The notes under the pieces: generated by a model
What the model was told of the DNA's origin: nothing
Databases searched by the model: none
The model's input: only the letters and a program-made list of their open reading frames with translations
Shown: positions 54,214-55,118 of the stretch, piece after piece
Numbering within the stretch: position 1 is the stretch's first letter
How the letters are laid out: each line of letters begins with the position of its first letter
Translations under genes and position numbers: made by a program
Assembly (NCBI GenBank): GCA_024277955.1
Contig: JAJRUE010000057.1
Location: forward strand, 1-55,118
Reading direction: 5' to 3'
Source of the DNA: Alphaproteobacteria bacterium
GTDB lineage: Bacteria; Pseudomonadota; Alphaproteobacteria; Rhodobacterales; Rhodobacteraceae
DNA length: 55,118 nucleotides

Positions 54214-55118
54214 ATGGGCCGTTCGATGAGCGCGCGAGAGATTCTCGAAAAACTGGTGTCTTTTCCGACCGTCAGCAGCGACAGCAATCTGGACCTGGTG
54301 GACTGGGTTCAGGACTATCTGGCGGGCTTTGGCGTCGATGCGGTGCGCCTTTACGATGACAGCGGCAAAAAGGCCGCGCTTTTCGCCAATGTCGGCCCCG
54401 AGGTCGAAGGCGGGGTGATCCTGTCGGGCCACACCGACGTGGTGCCGGTCGAGGGCCAGGACTGGAGCAGCGACCCGTTCACGGTGGTCGAACGCGATCG
54501 TAGGCTCTACGGGCGCGGCGCCTGCGACATGAAGGGGTTCGACGCGCTGGCGCTCTGGGCGGTGCCGCTGGCGCTCGAGGCGGGCATCAGGCGCCCGATC
54601 CAGATCGCGCTCAGCTACGACGAAGAGGTGGGCTGCACCGGCGCCCCGCCGATGATCGCCGCCATGGCCCGGCATCTGCCGCGCGCGAGCGCCGCCATCA
54701 TCGGCGAACCGTCGATGATGCAGGTGGTCAGCGGCCACAAGGGCGGCACCGGTTTCGCAGTGCATCTGCGCGGCCACGAGGTGCATTCCTCGATCATGCA
54801 CACCGGCGTCAACGCGATCATGCAGGGGGCGCGGCTGATCGACTGGGCCAACCGGATGAACGCCGAAAACGCGGCGCGCGAACCGGGGGAACTGGCGGCG
54901 GCCTTCGATCCCCCCTGGACCACCGTGCATGTGGGCGTGATCGAGGGCGGCACCGCCCATAACATCACCGCCGGCGACTGCCGCTTCGGGCTCGATTTCC
55001 GCACCGTGCCGGGCGAAGACCCGCAGGACTGGGAGGCGCGTTTCCGCGAAGAAGTCGCCAGGATCGAGGCCGAGATGCAGGCCATCCACCCCGACACCGG
55101 CATCGAACTGGAAGAATA
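54214..55118 (+). CDS. M20-family deacylase, ArgE (acetylornithine deacetylase)-like; 3' end outside window
   Basis: ATG 54214 preceded by AAAGGAG. Motifs SGHTDVVPV, GRGACDMKG and SYDEEVG. The frame remains open to the window edge, so it is not in the ORF track. Confidence 0.87.
   Translation, partial: MGRSMSAREILEKLVSFPTVSSDSNLDLVDWVQDYLAGFGVDAVRLYDDSGKKAALFANVGPEVEGGVILSGHTDVVPVEGQDWSSDPFTVVERDRRLYGRGACDMKGFDALALWAVPLALEAGIRRPIQIALSYDEEVGCTGAPPMIAAMARHLPRASAAIIGEPSMMQVVSGHKGGTGFAVHLRGHEVHSSIMHTGVNAIMQGARLIDWANRMNAENAAREPGELAAAFDPPWTTVHVGVIEGGTAHNITAGDCRFGLDFRTVPGEDPQDWEARFREEVARIEAEMQAIHPDTGIELEE

Overview
This is a 55.1-kb, very high-GC chromosomal segment that looks alphaproteobacterial, probably Rhodobacterales-like. 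The inference rests on the gene order ftsQ-ftsA-ftsZ-lpxC-bamD-recN, the order trpC-moaC-moeA-lexA, GTTC-N7-GTTC LexA boxes and a VPLPA-CTERM protein. I support about 46 protein-coding genes, most of them housekeeping: cell division, molybdopterin synthesis, gatB, pepN, glcB, pntAB and a peptide-type ABC operon. There is also a P1B metal-exporting ATPase with a MerR-type operator and regulator. I recognised no rRNA, tRNA, CRISPR array, transposase, integrase or phage genes.

The many long ORFs antisense to real genes (up to 1396 aa) are high-GC artefacts.

The most unusual part is 21.7-29.3 kb. There a CobS-like AAA+ gene, an SNase-type lipoprotein nuclease and a CobT-like vWA gene are joined by overlapping stop/start codons, next to J-domain and BolA genes. 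No other cobalamin genes are in the window. This neighbourhood is interrupted by about 3 kb carrying a lysine-rich protein with a peptidoglycan-binding domain, an HXXEE membrane protein, and an arginase-fold remnant bracketed by repeat elements.

The window also holds:
- at least three families of intergenic palindromic or inverted-repeat elements, two of them in MITE-like configurations
- two adjacent 13-bp tandem arrays, one derived from the 3' end of a gene
- a perfect 32-bp tandem duplication
- a frameshifted DUF4287/DUF5655 gene
- a LysE-family gene lacking a canonical start codon
- a candidate new LexA box upstream of a DUF4177 gene

All family assignments come from reading motifs by eye. 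No database search was run.
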